64,000 nucleotides of DNA from Bacillota bacterium (GCA_015059155.1 SVAX01000003.1:28473-92472), one strand, 5' to 3'. Numbered from the stretch's first letter, positions 26,500 through 36,278 are shown. Numbers and translations are program-made. The notes: a model not told the origin generated them from the sequence alone.

Positions 26500-27918
26500 T
26501 CATCTCTTTTCTATTTCTTCTCTTATTATACTAGCAGTTATTCCTGGATTAGCTTGACCACGCGTAGCTTTCATAACTTGACCTACAAAGAAGTCAAATG
26601 TATTTTTACCTTTTCTATGATCTTCTATTAAATCAGGATGTTCATCTAATACTTTAACTACTATATCTCTTATAGTTTTATCATCAGTAATTTGTGTCAT
26701 TCCAAGTTCTTTTACTACTTTAGATGGTGCCTTATTTTCTTCTAAACACTTAGTAAATACTTGTTTACTTTGCTTAGATGATATTTTTCCACTATCAACC
26801 ATGTTTATTAATTCAACTAACATTTTTGGAGTTAAATATATATCATTTATTTTTAAATCGTTTTTATTTAAGTATCCCAAAATAACACTAGTTATCCAGT
26901 TCGCACTACTTTTAGGATTACATCCAAGTTCAATAGTTTCTTCAAAATAGTCTGATACGCTTTTATCTTTTACAATTATTTCTGAATCATACCTAGATAA
27001 ATTGTATTCGTTCATATATTTTTCTACTCTATCAAATTGTAACATAGGTATCTCTTTTTTTATTTCTTCTATCCAAGAATCATCAATTTTGATTGGCGGG
27101 ATATTTGGTTCTATATAATATTTATAATCCACTGCATCTACTTTAGAACGCATTGGGAAAGTTTCCATTTTTTCTTCATCAAAACGTCTAGTTTCTTGAA
27201 GTATTATGCCGCCATTTTCTAAAACTTCAGTTTGTCTTTTTATTTCAGTCTCAATAGCTAGTCTTACATTATTGAAACTATTTATATTTTTCATTTCTGT
27301 TCTTGTACCTAAAGTATCATCTTTTGAAAGTGATATATTTACATCTACTCTCATTTGGCCTCTATCAGTTCGAGCTTCACTCACTCCAGTATAAAGAAAT
27401 ATACCTTTAAGAGTTTCTAGAAAAGCAATAGCTTCATCTGCAGAATGAATTGAAGGAGTTGTAACTGTTTCAAGTAGTGGTACACCTGCTCTATTATAAT
27501 CTATTAAGGAATAATCTGAGAAATGCTCCATAGAAGCAGTATCCTCTTCTAAATGTATATCATGTATTCCAATCTTTTTATCTTCACCATTTACATTTAT
27601 CATTACATAACCATCTACTCCTACTGGTTTTTCCATTTGTGTTATTTGATAACCTTTTGGAAGATCTGGATAATAATAATTTTTTCTATCAAACATTACT
27701 ATATCAGGAGTTTTACAATTTAAAGCAAGAGCCATCATTAAAGATTTTCTAAATGCTTCTTTATTAGCAACAGGAAGAATTCCAGGAAGTCCAATATCAA
27801 TAGTATCTACATTTTCATTTGGATACTCTGAATATGTATTTCTAGCACTTGAGAAGTTTTTTGAATTAGTTTTAACTTCACAATGTACTTCAAGTCCAAT
27901 AGTAACATTATACATCAT
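26500..27918 (-). CDS. gatB: Asp/Glu-tRNA amidotransferase subunit B
   Basis: IGLEVHCEV..., GatB/YqeY C-terminal domain, gatCAB gene order. Confidence 0.93.
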   Translation of the reverse strand: MMYNVTIGLEVHCEVKTNSKNFSSARNTYSEYPNENVDTIDIGLPGILPVANKEAFRKSLMMALALNCKTPDIVMFDRKNYYYPDLPKGYQITQMEKPVGVDGYVMINVNGEDKKIGIHDIHLEEDTASMEHFSDYSLIDYNRAGVPLLETVTTPSIHSADEAIAFLETLKGIFLYTGVSEARTDRGQMRVDVNISLSKDDTLGTRTEMKNINSFNNVRLAIETEIKRQTEVLENGGIILQETRRFDEEKMETFPMRSKVDAVDYKYYIEPNIPPIKIDDSWIEEIKKEIPMLQFDRVEKYMNEYNLSRYDSEIIVKDKSVSDYFEETIELGCNPKSSANWITSVILGYLNKNDLKINDIYLTPKMLVELINMVDSGKISSKQSKQVFTKCLEENKAPSKVVKELGMTQITDDKTIRDIVVKVLDEHPDLIEDHRKGKNTFDFFVGQVMKATRGQANPGITASIIREEIEKR

Positions 27919-29353
27919 ATTCCTCCTTTATTAATCCTTTGTAACCTAGTTTTTCTTCAATTTTATAAGCTATATTTAAAGTTTCACCATCTTTAAATTG
28001 AGGCCCTGTTATATTTATTCCTACAGGCATATCATTAACAAATCCATTTGGTATTGTTATACTAGGATATCCTCCAAAGTTAGCAATTGCCATATGATTT
28101 TCAAGAATTAAATATCTATCGCTCATTCTATCTATAGCATCATCAAATTTAGGTGCGATACCACCACTAGCTGGAAGGATCATAGCATCATATTCTTTAT
28201 ATAATTCATTCATTTTGTCTACTATAATACGTCTTAATCTTTGTGCATTCTTAAATAATCTTTCTTGATTTTCTTTTTGTAATATATAACTACCTAAAAT
28301 AAACCTTCTTTTTATAAGTTCACTAAATCCTTTGGTTCTGGCATCAAACATAATATCATTTATATTATTTCCTTCGCCCCTAGGGCCAAATATAATACCA
28401 GTAAGATTAGAATTATTGCTTGTTGCTTCTGCACAACTAATAGTCATATAAGCTGGATATATAGCCTTTAATAGTTTCTCATCAAGAGATACTTCTTCAA
28501 CTATAAAACCTAATTGTCTACACTTGTCTATTGTTTCTTTAAACCTAGTTAATACCTCTAACGTTTCACTACCAGCATCTTTATACATTTCTAAATCAGT
28601 TATTTCTTTAATATAGAAAAGTTTTTTACCTTTTATATCATTATTTAACATATCAGTATATTTTATATTTTCATCAGGCAAAGATGTCATATCTCTTTCA
28701 TCTTTTCCTTTTAGGATATCAGTAACAATAGCTGCATCTTTAACACATCTAGTAAAGCAACCTACATGGTCTAAACTTGATGCGAATGCGAATAATCCAT
28801 ATCTAGAAATTCTACCATATGTTGGTTTAAATCCTACTACGCCACCAAAAGCAGCCGGCTTCCTTATTGAATCTCCCGTATCTGAACCAATTGAAAATGG
28901 TACTATACCAAGTGCGACACTTGCTGCAGAACCTGCAGATGATCCACCTATTTGTCTTTCTTTATCCCAAGGATTTCTAACTATCCCTGTATGACCTGTT
29001 GTTCCAGTTCCTCCCATAGCAAGTTCATCAAGAACAGTTTTACCAACTAAAACTGCACCTGCTTCTTTTAATTTTTTATATACGGTAGCATCATATACTG
29101 GAATATAATCTTTTAATATATTTGATGATGATGTAGAAAGTATTCCTTTTGTTGAAAAATTATCTTTTAAAGAATATGGAATACCATTTAATAATGTGTT
29201 GGCATCAACTTTACTGTATTCATCTATTATAGTTACAAACGAATTATATTCTTCTTGATATTTATGAGCTTTAATGTTTGATTCATTAAATAATTCTTCA
29301 CTAGTTATTTTGGAAGTATCTAAATCATTTCTTAAATCCATTATAGTTTTCAT
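27908..29353 (-). CDS. gatA: Asp/Glu-tRNA amidotransferase subunit A
   Basis: Amidase signature GGSSAGSAASVA. Confidence 0.93.
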   Translation of the reverse strand: MKTIMDLRNDLDTSKITSEELFNESNIKAHKYQEEYNSFVTIIDEYSKVDANTLLNGIPYSLKDNFSTKGILSTSSSNILKDYIPVYDATVYKKLKEAGAVLVGKTVLDELAMGGTGTTGHTGIVRNPWDKERQIGGSSAGSAASVALGIVPFSIGSDTGDSIRKPAAFGGVVGFKPTYGRISRYGLFAFASSLDHVGCFTRCVKDAAIVTDILKGKDERDMTSLPDENIKYTDMLNNDIKGKKLFYIKEITDLEMYKDAGSETLEVLTRFKETIDKCRQLGFIVEEVSLDEKLLKAIYPAYMTISCAEATSNNSNLTGIIFGPRGEGNNINDIMFDARTKGFSELIKRRFILGSYILQKENQERLFKNAQRLRRIIVDKMNELYKEYDAMILPASGGIAPKFDDAIDRMSDRYLILENHMAIANFGGYPSITIPNGFVNDMPVGINITGPQFKDGETLNIAYKIEEKLGYKGLIKEEYDV

Positions 29354-29643
29354 TATCCCACCACCTTAGGTACTTTAACTTGATTAGCTTTAGTTTCTTT
29401 AGCATTACTTAAAACTTCTTCTTCAGTTAAACATTCTTTTGATTCATCTTCTCTTAACGAACTGTGATAAATTACATAAGGAAAAGTCATTGGGTCAACT
29501 TCTTCTATCCCTTCTATTTGACCTATAAGTGCCATATGTTTTTCTATTGTCTCAAATTCTTCTAAAGTTCTATCATAACCTTTATCATCCATATCAAACA
29601 TTAATTTTCCAGCATAGTCTTTTAATTTTTCTTTTGTTACCAT
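29353..29643 (-). CDS. gatC: Asp/Glu-tRNA amidotransferase subunit C
   Basis: 96 aa. Start trimmed to MVTKEK with AAGGAGG SD; precedes gatA with overlapping stop/start. Confidence 0.85.
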   Translation of the reverse strand: MVTKEKLKDYAGKLMFDMDDKGYDRTLEEFETIEKHMALIGQIEGIEEVDPMTFPYVIYHSSLREDESKECLTEEEVLSNAKETKANQVKVPKVVG

Positions 29644-29660
29644 AATATCCTCCTTATAAA

Positions 29661-29685
29661 CAAAAAACAAGTCTTAAGACTTGTT
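29661..29685 (-). terminator. hairpin plus U-run between the tRNA-Asn genes and gatC (weak terminator or processing signal)
   Basis: AACAAGTC-TTAA-GACTTGTT followed by TTTT(G) on the minus strand, ending 10 nt before the gatC SD. Confidence 0.5.
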
Positions 29686-29697
29686 ACTATTTTAAAA

Positions 29698-29773
29698 TGG
29701 CGCCTCTTGTAGGACTCGAACCTACGACCTAACGGTTAACAGCCGTGCGCTCTACCGACTGAGCTAAAGAGGC
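29698..29773 (-). tRNA. tRNA-Asn (GTT), CCA encoded
   Basis: Cloverleaf folded by eye: GCCTCTT acceptor, anticodon loop CTGTTAA, TTCGAGT T-loop, discriminator G. Confidence 0.9.
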
Positions 29774-29781
29774 ATTTAAAA

Positions 29782-29857
29782 TGGCGCCTGATGTAGGACT
29801 CGAACCTACGACCTAACGGTTAACAGCCGTGCGCTCTACCGACTGAGCTAATCAGGC
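29782..29857 (-). tRNA. tRNA-Asn (GTT), CCA encoded
   Basis: Nearly identical to the first copy; acceptor GCCTGAT/ATCAGGC. Confidence 0.9.
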
Positions 29858-29859
29858 AA

Positions 29860-30124
29860 TTTAAATAGCAATCCGTCTCTATTTCTTGGGACGAATTATT
29901 TCCGCGGTGCCACCCAAATTGTCATAAAAAAATGACCACTTTACCGATTCTATCAAATCGAGTAACTTTTAACGGGTTACATCCGATTAACTTTACTTTG
30001 TTCAAGTTAATAGTTCATGAGTGTTATTCATAATATACTTAATTGTTAGCTCACACCATACCTAACTCGCTTTTATTAGTTTATATCATTACTTCTCTCA
30101 ATCAACACTTTTCAAAAGGCTTAT
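29860..30124 (-). promoter_or_regulatory. T-box leader with Asn (AAC) specifier
   Basis: TTGACA(30159-30154)-17 nt-TATAAT(30136-30131). Stem I shows AGAGA/AGTA elements and a distal-loop TGGTGTGA. Specifier GAAU-AAC-A has its codon at 30025-30023. T-box sequence AATTTGGGTGGCACCGCGG lies at 29920-29902. The UGGC bulge matches discriminator G plus CCA of the downstream tRNA-Asn. TTCGTC...GACGGA is the alternative helix. Confidence 0.75.
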
Positions 30125-30204
30125 GTATTAATTATAGATTAGTTTTTATATTTTGTCAATAGAAAATTACTACTTTTTTATTATACGCAAAACAAAAAAA
30201 GATA

Positions 30205-30702
30205 TTACTTTATAGATTTTAATATCTTCTTTTTATTTTCTTTATAATTTTCTACTGAATCTGCTACTTTTGTTATATCATTATAAATATCACAGTGATA
30301 TTCTTTAAATAAATCATTGTTTTTATTAAATAATTCTTCACAATTTTTTGATGTAATAATATAATCTCTACTAGTATATGGAGATGTAAAATCATCAATT
30401 GTGTTAAGTGTATTTAGTGCAGCTCTTTCGTTTGAATCATTCAATAAATAGCTAGAATACGGAGTTAATTTAAATTCACCTTTTCCAGCTAATATACTCG
30501 CTTCTGTAGTACTATTTAATTTTAAAAATAATAAATTAGTAGCATCGTAAATATATAGTTTTCCATTTTCTTCTATTAAGTTAAAAGCATGATTGCCTAT
30601 TTTATTTATTATCGGTTTTAATAATAAAGGTATAACTTTAGTAATTAGATTACAAGACTTTACAACATTTCTTTTTATATCCGGAACACAAAACTTTTCC
30701 AT
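30205..30702 (-). CDS. transglutaminase-like (Cys-His-Asp) domain protein, possibly the 3' part of a disrupted gene
   Basis: KFCVPD (Cys), GNHAFNLIEENGKLYIYDATN (His...Asp) spacing typical of the TGase core. Confidence 0.45.
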   Translation of the reverse strand: MEKFCVPDIKRNVVKSCNLITKVIPLLLKPIINKIGNHAFNLIEENGKLYIYDATNLLFLKLNSTTEASILAGKGEFKLTPYSSYLLNDSNERAALNTLNTIDDFTSPYTSRDYIITSKNCEELFNKNNDLFKEYHCDIYNDITKVADSVENYKENKKKILKSIK

Positions 30703-31060
30703 TTCTTCTATATTATTAATTTTATTTAATATTATAGAAGAATTATATCAAAAGAATACATTCCATGAATAAGACTTCTATTTTCTATTTGATAGTTAAA
30801 ACTTTGATCCTTAGAAAAATATCCATTCAACATTAAATATGTAAATAAAATTGAAATTTCTAATGAACTGGTTAAATTTAATTCTTTAACTAAAGTATTA
30901 AATTTATTTAATATGTTTCTGTAGTTTTGTTGGCTATCATTAAAATAATATTTTAATTTAGTTCTTTCTTCTTCTAAATCTTTACCAAGTTGTCCAAGTA
31001 TTATTTGATTTTTATAGTTTGAAAAATTTCCCTCATCGAAAAATTCAATTATTTATTTAC
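30703..31060 (-). pseudogene. upstream fragment of the same gene, cut off by stops and a frame change
   Basis: About 95 open codons (...EISILFTYLMLNGYFSKDQSFNYQIENRSLIHGMYSFDIILL*) with no start codon. They end in TAA-TAT-TAA about 30 nt before the ATG at 30702, which is in another frame. Confidence 0.35.
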
Positions 31061-31208
31061 AATATCACTCCATTAGGAGTAATATAATAGTATATTATTT
31101 ATAATTTTTCAATATTAACTAATATCAATAAATTTTTCTTTTATTAGGACTTGTTTTTTATATTTGATTTATTTACATATTTGATATATAATTTTTTTAG
31201 GTGATTTT

Positions 31209-31808
31209 ATGTATTCTATAAAAGAATCTTTAGAAAATACTATAATAATTAAAAAATCTAAATTTATAACTAAACTATATAAGATCAATGATACTGAAGA
31301 AATTAATAATATTTTAGATAAATTAAAAAAAGAGTACAAAGACTCTACCCATATTTGTTATGCATATATTTTAAATGGGTTGGAAAAGTGTTCTGATGAT
31401 GGAGAGCCAAGTGGAACTGCCGGATTACCTATCTTAAATATACTAAAGAAAAATAATTTAACTAATATACTTGCAGTTGTTATTAGATATTTTGGTGGTA
31501 TTAAATTAGGAGCAGGAGGACTTGTTAGAGCCTATTCCAATTCTGTAAATGACACTTTAAAATTAACTAATATTATTGAGTTAGAGGAAGGGTACTTAGT
31601 AGAACTTGAATTTAGCTATGATCAAGTTAAACTTGTTGATTATATGTTAAATAATAAAACAATAATTAGTAAAGAATACAATGATAATATAATTTATAAA
31701 TTTTATTTGAATAAATATGAATTAAACTTTATACCAGAGTTAGAAAAAGTAGCAACCCATGTATTAGTAAAAGATAAAATATTAATTGAAAAAAAGAATT
31801 CTGATTAA
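31209..31808 (+). CDS. yigZ: YigZ/IMPACT family protein (UPF0029)
   Basis: IKKSKFIT..., SDDGEPSGTAG, VVIRYFGGIKLGAGGLVRAY motifs. Confidence 0.88.
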   Translation: MYSIKESLENTIIIKKSKFITKLYKINDTEEINNILDKLKKEYKDSTHICYAYILNGLEKCSDDGEPSGTAGLPILNILKKNNLTNILAVVIRYFGGIKLGAGGLVRAYSNSVNDTLKLTNIIELEEGYLVELEFSYDQVKLVDYMLNNKTIISKEYNDNIIYKFYLNKYELNFIPELEKVATHVLVKDKILIEKKNSD

Positions 31809-33139
31809 GCTTCAGAATTCTTTATTTTTATAATTCCATATATAATTAAACCAATACCTGCTAATGAAATAAGTGCTCCTAATACCATTAACGCTGTTTT
31901 ACTTAATCCAGTATCTGGAACTTCTACTACTGGAACATTTTTCATAACAATTTCAATTTCTTTATCAAAATTTTCTACTTCAAACGAAATTAAATTATCA
32001 TTTAATTCATATCCTTCAGGTGCATATACTTCTTTTAAATAATATAAACCTTTATTTTCAAGTTGTATATAATATACTTCATCATTTGAAATCCACTCTT
32101 CAATTACTTTTTTATTTTCATCAAGCAATTGTAATTTAGCCCCTGCCAATGTTTTTCCAGTAGATTCATCAACTTTAGTAATTGCAACTAACACACTTTG
32201 TTCTTCTGGTATTGTTGAACCACCTGATGTTCCAGATGATGATAATGGTGCAGTTAAATTAACAGAAGCAGAAGTTTGTTTTGTAGTAGTTTCTGTTTTT
32301 CTCTTTACACCTATTATTCCTAAAAGTTGAGTGTTATCAGAATATTTAAATCTTTCTACAAATGGTGTAATTGTTATAGTTTCACCAGTTTTGTATGTAG
32401 CTGTAATAGAAACATTAAAATTTCTATTAGTATTTTTAATATCTAGTATTGGAATTTTAACATAAATTGTTTTGGCCGAACCATCAAAAGTTAAAGTATT
32501 CTGACCATTTAAATATGGAGAAACAATAAGATCTTCATTTGATGTTGTAACATTATAGCTAACAATGTTATCAGTAGGATTTAAATTTATAGTTCCAACA
32601 TAATAAACTTTTCCAGCTACTGTTTGCTTTTTCATAGTTATATTGGTAGAAGAAACGCCAAGATTCGCTACTGTAGAATTAGTAGTTGTTTCTACACTAA
32701 TACAATTTTCGTCTGTTATATTTGGATACGGTTCCCAAAACCAAACCTTCTCTTGAAGTTTATAATATTTATCTAATGGCAAATTTTGATATCTAAAAGT
32801 TCCATCACTTTCAGGTTTGTCTATATAACCTTCTTTCATAGCATTTAAAACTGCGCAAGCTTGTCCTTTTGTCTCTATAGTATCAACATATTTATATGTT
32901 GAACTTGCTGCTATTGTTTTAGATATTTCTAAACAATATACCTGTTTACCAGCAGTATCTTTAAGTTCACAAAAATAATCATGTGGTGTTTTTCCTAAAC
33001 TTGTAGAATAACCTTCAGATGTACAAGTTGGAAAACGATTTAGTGTAGTAAAGTCTGCTTTAACTTGTCCTATAAAAAACAAAGAAAGTACACATACTAT
33101 TAAACTAATTAAAACTTTATTAAAATTTTTCATATACAT
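31805..33139 (-). CDS. cell-wall-anchored surface adhesin (signal peptide, possible thioester domain, Cna-B-like domain, VPDTG sorting signal)
   Basis: The N-terminal signal is followed by VYCLE and LQEKVWFW motifs. The segment VAITKVDESTGKTLAGAKLQLLD...YYLKEVYAPEGYEL is Cna-B like. The C-terminus has VPDTG, a hydrophobic stretch and a KIKN tail. Confidence 0.65.
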   Translation of the reverse strand: MYMKNFNKVLISLIVCVLSLFFIGQVKADFTTLNRFPTCTSEGYSTSLGKTPHDYFCELKDTAGKQVYCLEISKTIAASSTYKYVDTIETKGQACAVLNAMKEGYIDKPESDGTFRYQNLPLDKYYKLQEKVWFWEPYPNITDENCISVETTTNSTVANLGVSSTNITMKKQTVAGKVYYVGTINLNPTDNIVSYNVTTSNEDLIVSPYLNGQNTLTFDGSAKTIYVKIPILDIKNTNRNFNVSITATYKTGETITITPFVERFKYSDNTQLLGIIGVKRKTETTTKQTSASVNLTAPLSSSGTSGGSTIPEEQSVLVAITKVDESTGKTLAGAKLQLLDENKKVIEEWISNDEVYYIQLENKGLYYLKEVYAPEGYELNDNLISFEVENFDKEIEIVMKNVPVVEVPDTGLSKTALMVLGALISLAGIGLIIYGIIKIKNSEA

Positions 33140-33241
33140 TAACCTCTCTTACTATTTTATACAATATAATTGTAGCACAATACTAAGATATTTGCAAGAA
33201 AATTATTATTTATTTACATTTTTATACAAAAAAACAAGGAG

Positions 33242-34120
33242 TTATTCTCCTTGCATTTGTTTAGCTACTTCTTCTGCAAAATTTTCTTCTCTTTTTTGCA
33301 TTCCTTCACCTACTTCGAAACGAATCATAGTAGTAATAGTACCACCATTATTCTTAACGAATTCAGCAACTGTTTCTTTATTTTCAGCTTTTACGAAGAT
33401 TTGATTTTCTAAACATACTTCTTCATAGTATTTTCTAACTTTTCCAACTAAGATATTATCTATTCTGTCAGCTGGTTTACCTTCATTTAATAATTGTTCT
33501 CTCATTATTTCTTTTTCTTTATCAAGAACATCTGTAGGAACATCAGTAGATTTTACATAAGCAGGTTTCATAGCAGCAGCATGCATAGCTACATCTTTAG
33601 CTACTTCTTGACTAGCATTGTCAACTACAGTAAGCACTGCAATTTTTCCACCCATATGAATATAATCACCAAATGATTCACTATCTTTTTTAGTTACTAC
33701 TTCTACTCTTCTAAAACTTAATTTTTCTCCAATAGTAGCAGTTCTAGCAACTATTAACTCTTCTACTGTTCCTTCGCTAGTCTCTAATTTTAAAGCTTCT
33801 TCTAATGTAGTTACGTCACTATTAATGATTGTTTCAAGTATTTCTGATACCATACCAGTAAATTTTTCATTTTTAGCAACGAAATCAGTTTCAGCATTTA
33901 CTTCGATAATAACCGCTTTATTATCTCTAGTTAAAATAGCAGCAAGTCCTTCTGCAGCAATTCTATCAGCTTTTTTAGCAGCTTTAGAAATACCTTTTTC
34001 TCTTAACCAATCAATTGAAGCATTAATATCTCCGTTATTAGCTTCTAGTGCTTTTTTACAGTCTAACATTCCAGCACCAGTTTTTTCTCTTAATTCTTTT
34101 ACCATACTAGCAGTAATCAT
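33242..34120 (-). CDS. tsf: elongation factor Ts
   Basis: ITASMVKELREKTGAGMLDCKKAL UBA-like N-terminus; rpsB-tsf order. Confidence 0.95.
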   Translation of the reverse strand: MITASMVKELREKTGAGMLDCKKALEANNGDINASIDWLREKGISKAAKKADRIAAEGLAAILTRDNKAVIIEVNAETDFVAKNEKFTGMVSEILETIINSDVTTLEEALKLETSEGTVEELIVARTATIGEKLSFRRVEVVTKKDSESFGDYIHMGGKIAVLTVVDNASQEVAKDVAMHAAAMKPAYVKSTDVPTDVLDKEKEIMREQLLNEGKPADRIDNILVGKVRKYYEEVCLENQIFVKAENKETVAEFVKNNGGTITTMIRFEVGEGMQKREENFAEEVAKQMQGE

Positions 34121-34180
34121 AATTTTTTTCCTCCTTTTTAATAATAAAAGATGATTTTATAATCATCTTTTTAGTTCATT

Positions 34181-35224
34181 TTATTTTAAAGCTTCTAATA
34201 ATTCAGCTTTTTTCATTGTAGAATAACCTTTAATTTCTTTTGCCTTAGCTAATTCTCTTAATTCAGCAACTGTTTTTCCAGTTAAATCTTCTTTAACTGT
34301 GGCTTTTTTTTCAACAGCTTTAACTTCTTTAGCTTCAACTTTTTCTTCTTTTTTAGCTTCTTCTACTTTTACTTCTTTTTCAAAACTTTTTGATGATTTT
34401 TTATTATCAAATGATTTTTTCTTTTTATCAAATGGTCTGTCAGAATTTCTTCTATCTTCTTTTCTTTTTACTGATTCAACTGCTTTTTTCATAATATCAG
34501 AACCATTTTCATCAGTTTTTCCACTTACATAATCAGTAATTTTTCCACCATTAGCTTCAAGTATAGCATTATTCATAACACCTATAATTAATTTAACAGC
34601 ACGAATTGCATCGTCATTTGCAGGTATTACATAATCAACCATATCTGGATCACAGTTAGTATCAACTATACCAAATACTGGGATATTTAATTTTCTAGCT
34701 TCACGAATAGCTATTTCCTCTTTAGATGGATCAACGATAATCATAGCTTGTGGTAATTTATCCATAGCACGAATACCGCATAATAATTTATCTAATTTAG
34801 CATATTCTTTTTTAAGACCGATAACTTCTTTTTTTGGAAGTAAATCAAAAGTCCCATCTGCTTCCATTCTTTCAATTTGTTCTAATCTTTTAACTCTGTT
34901 TCTAATAGTTTTAAAGTTTGTAAGTGTTCCACCTAACCATCTTTCAGTTACATAGTAAGATTCACTTTTGATAGCTTCTTCTTTAGTAGCTTCTTGAGCT
35001 TGTTTTCTAGTTCCTACAAAGATAGTTTTTCCACCATTTCTAGCAATTTCAGATAAAGCATTGTACGCTTCTTCTATTTTTTTTGCAGTTTTTTGTAAAT
35101 CGATAATATAAATATCATCTCTTGAAGTAAAAATGTATTCTTTCATTTTTGGATTCCATCTTTTTGTTTGATGACCAAAATGAACACCAGCTTCTAATAA
35201 ATTGTTCATAGACACAACTGTCAT
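34181..35224 (-). CDS. rpsB: 30S ribosomal protein S2 with ~100-aa K/E-rich C-terminal extension ending in a Rho_N/HeH-like motif
   Basis: The S2 core runs from [19 protein letters not shown]... to about aa 240. A K/E-rich extension follows, ending in [30 protein letters not shown]. Confidence 0.93.
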   Translation of the reverse strand: MTVVSMNNLLEAGVHFGHQTKRWNPKMKEYIFTSRDDIYIIDLQKTAKKIEEAYNALSEIARNGGKTIFVGTRKQAQEATKEEAIKSESYYVTERWLGGTLTNFKTIRNRVKRLEQIERMEADGTFDLLPKKEVIGLKKEYAKLDKLLCGIRAMDKLPQAMIIVDPSKEEIAIREARKLNIPVFGIVDTNCDPDMVDYVIPANDDAIRAVKLIIGVMNNAILEANGGKITDYVSGKTDENGSDIMKKAVESVKRKEDRRNSDRPFDKKKKSFDNKKSSKSFEKEVKVEEAKKEEKVEAKEVKAVEKKATVKEDLTGKTVAELRELAKAKEIKGYSTMKKAELLEALK

Positions 35225-35376
35225 ATTAATTCCTCCCTTTCGTTATATCTTCCATTCATATCAACTTTATACATCACCATTTGGCACTAGACATATAAAT
35301 CCATGAATGTGTTTAATTAAAAAAGCCATATATATTATAACACATTATATGACTTTTGCAACAATTTTTTTCAATT

Positions 35377-36042
35377 TTATATAACTCTTCTTATACTTAT
35401 TATTGGCATCATATACATGCTATCTGTTCTAATACCTAATTCTGGTGTTGAAGCATGTACTATTCTTCCATCACCTATATAAATAGCTGAATGCCCAGCA
35501 AATCCGTTATATCCATAAGAAATTATATCTCCTATTTCTATTTCTTCCAACGATACTTCTGTTCCTATAACAACTTGTTGAACAGTAGTACGTGGTAAAT
35601 TATAACCAAACTTACTATAAACTAATTTAACAAATCCAGAACAATCCGTACCGTTTGTTAAACTATTACCACCTAATACATATGGATTACCAATAAATCT
35701 TTTAGCATAACTTACAAGATTATTTCTTAATTCTATTTTGGCTAATCTTTCTTGCTCTAATCTTTCTTGTTCTTCTATGTACTCAAGAATAACTTCCTTA
35801 TTTGGGTCTGTCTCGTAAAAATCAACAATACCGTTATTTAAAATTACGTCTTCCTTATTCTTTACTTCATATATTTCTACTGATAAATTTTCTTTATGTA
35901 TTGTTATTGCATTAACTACTTCAATACAATTTATATTTGAAATTGATAATAATAACACTATCGAGAATACAAAAATTCTCTTTAATATATTTTTCACAAC
36001 AATTCTCCTATACTTCAATTTTGGCGCCTTTTTTTGAGGCAC
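35377..36042 (-). CDS. NlpC/P60 family peptidoglycan hydrolase with N-terminal membrane anchor
   Basis: GTDCSGFV catalytic Cys and HSAIYIG His motifs. Confidence 0.85.
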   Translation of the reverse strand: MPQKKAPKLKYRRIVVKNILKRIFVFSIVLLLSISNINCIEVVNAITIHKENLSVEIYEVKNKEDVILNNGIVDFYETDPNKEVILEYIEEQERLEQERLAKIELRNNLVSYAKRFIGNPYVLGGNSLTNGTDCSGFVKLVYSKFGYNLPRTTVQQVVIGTEVSLEEIEIGDIISYGYNGFAGHSAIYIGDGRIVHASTPELGIRTDSMYMMPIISIRRVI

Positions 36043-36154
36043 ATTGTCGATTATAGCAAATTATGGTAATATTGTCAAATTTAACAAAACTATATGTTTT
36101 GTACATAAAATCAACCCTTATTTATAATTTGAACAAAATTTTTAATAAAATAAC

Positions 36155-36180
36155 AAAAAAACTAGAATTTTTTTCTAGTT
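36155..36180 (-). terminator. intrinsic terminator directly 3' of the tRNA-end fragment
   Basis: AACTAGAA-TTTTT-TTCTAGTT plus U-run on the minus strand. Confidence 0.65.
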
Positions 36181-36192
36181 TTGGACAAAAAA

Positions 36193-36212
36193 TGGTGACC
36201 CGTATGGGGTTT
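36193..36212 (-). other. orphan tRNA 3'-end fragment (T-stem 3' strand, acceptor 3' strand, discriminator A, CCA): putative att core or displaced tRNA end
   Basis: The minus strand reads AAACCCCATACGGGTCACCA. No matching 5' half or cloverleaf lies upstream, and the fragment is followed by its own terminator. Confidence 0.45.
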
Positions 36213-36231
36213 AGATAGAGATTTTTACAAA

Positions 36232-36278
36232 CCATTGAAAATAAAGGCCAAACCCCTATAATCCATTGAAAATAAAGG
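36232..36278. repeat. two direct copies of CCATTGAAAATAAAGG (36232-36247, 36263-36278) in a repeat-dense non-coding stretch
   Basis: Read directly. Further short direct repeats follow: TGTTAATGTT x2 and ACAAGAC x2. Confidence 0.8.

Noticed and set aside
35225-35376. Autoregulatory leader upstream of rpsB (about 110-nt 5' UTR after TTGCAA...TATAAT).
   Set aside because: I see no convincing conserved structure, and the known S2 leader is from gamma-proteobacteria.
36232-36278. CRISPR-like array.
   Set aside because: There are only two 16-nt repeat copies with a 15-nt spacer and no cas genes. This fits recombinase arm sites better. No CRISPR array was seen anywhere in the window.
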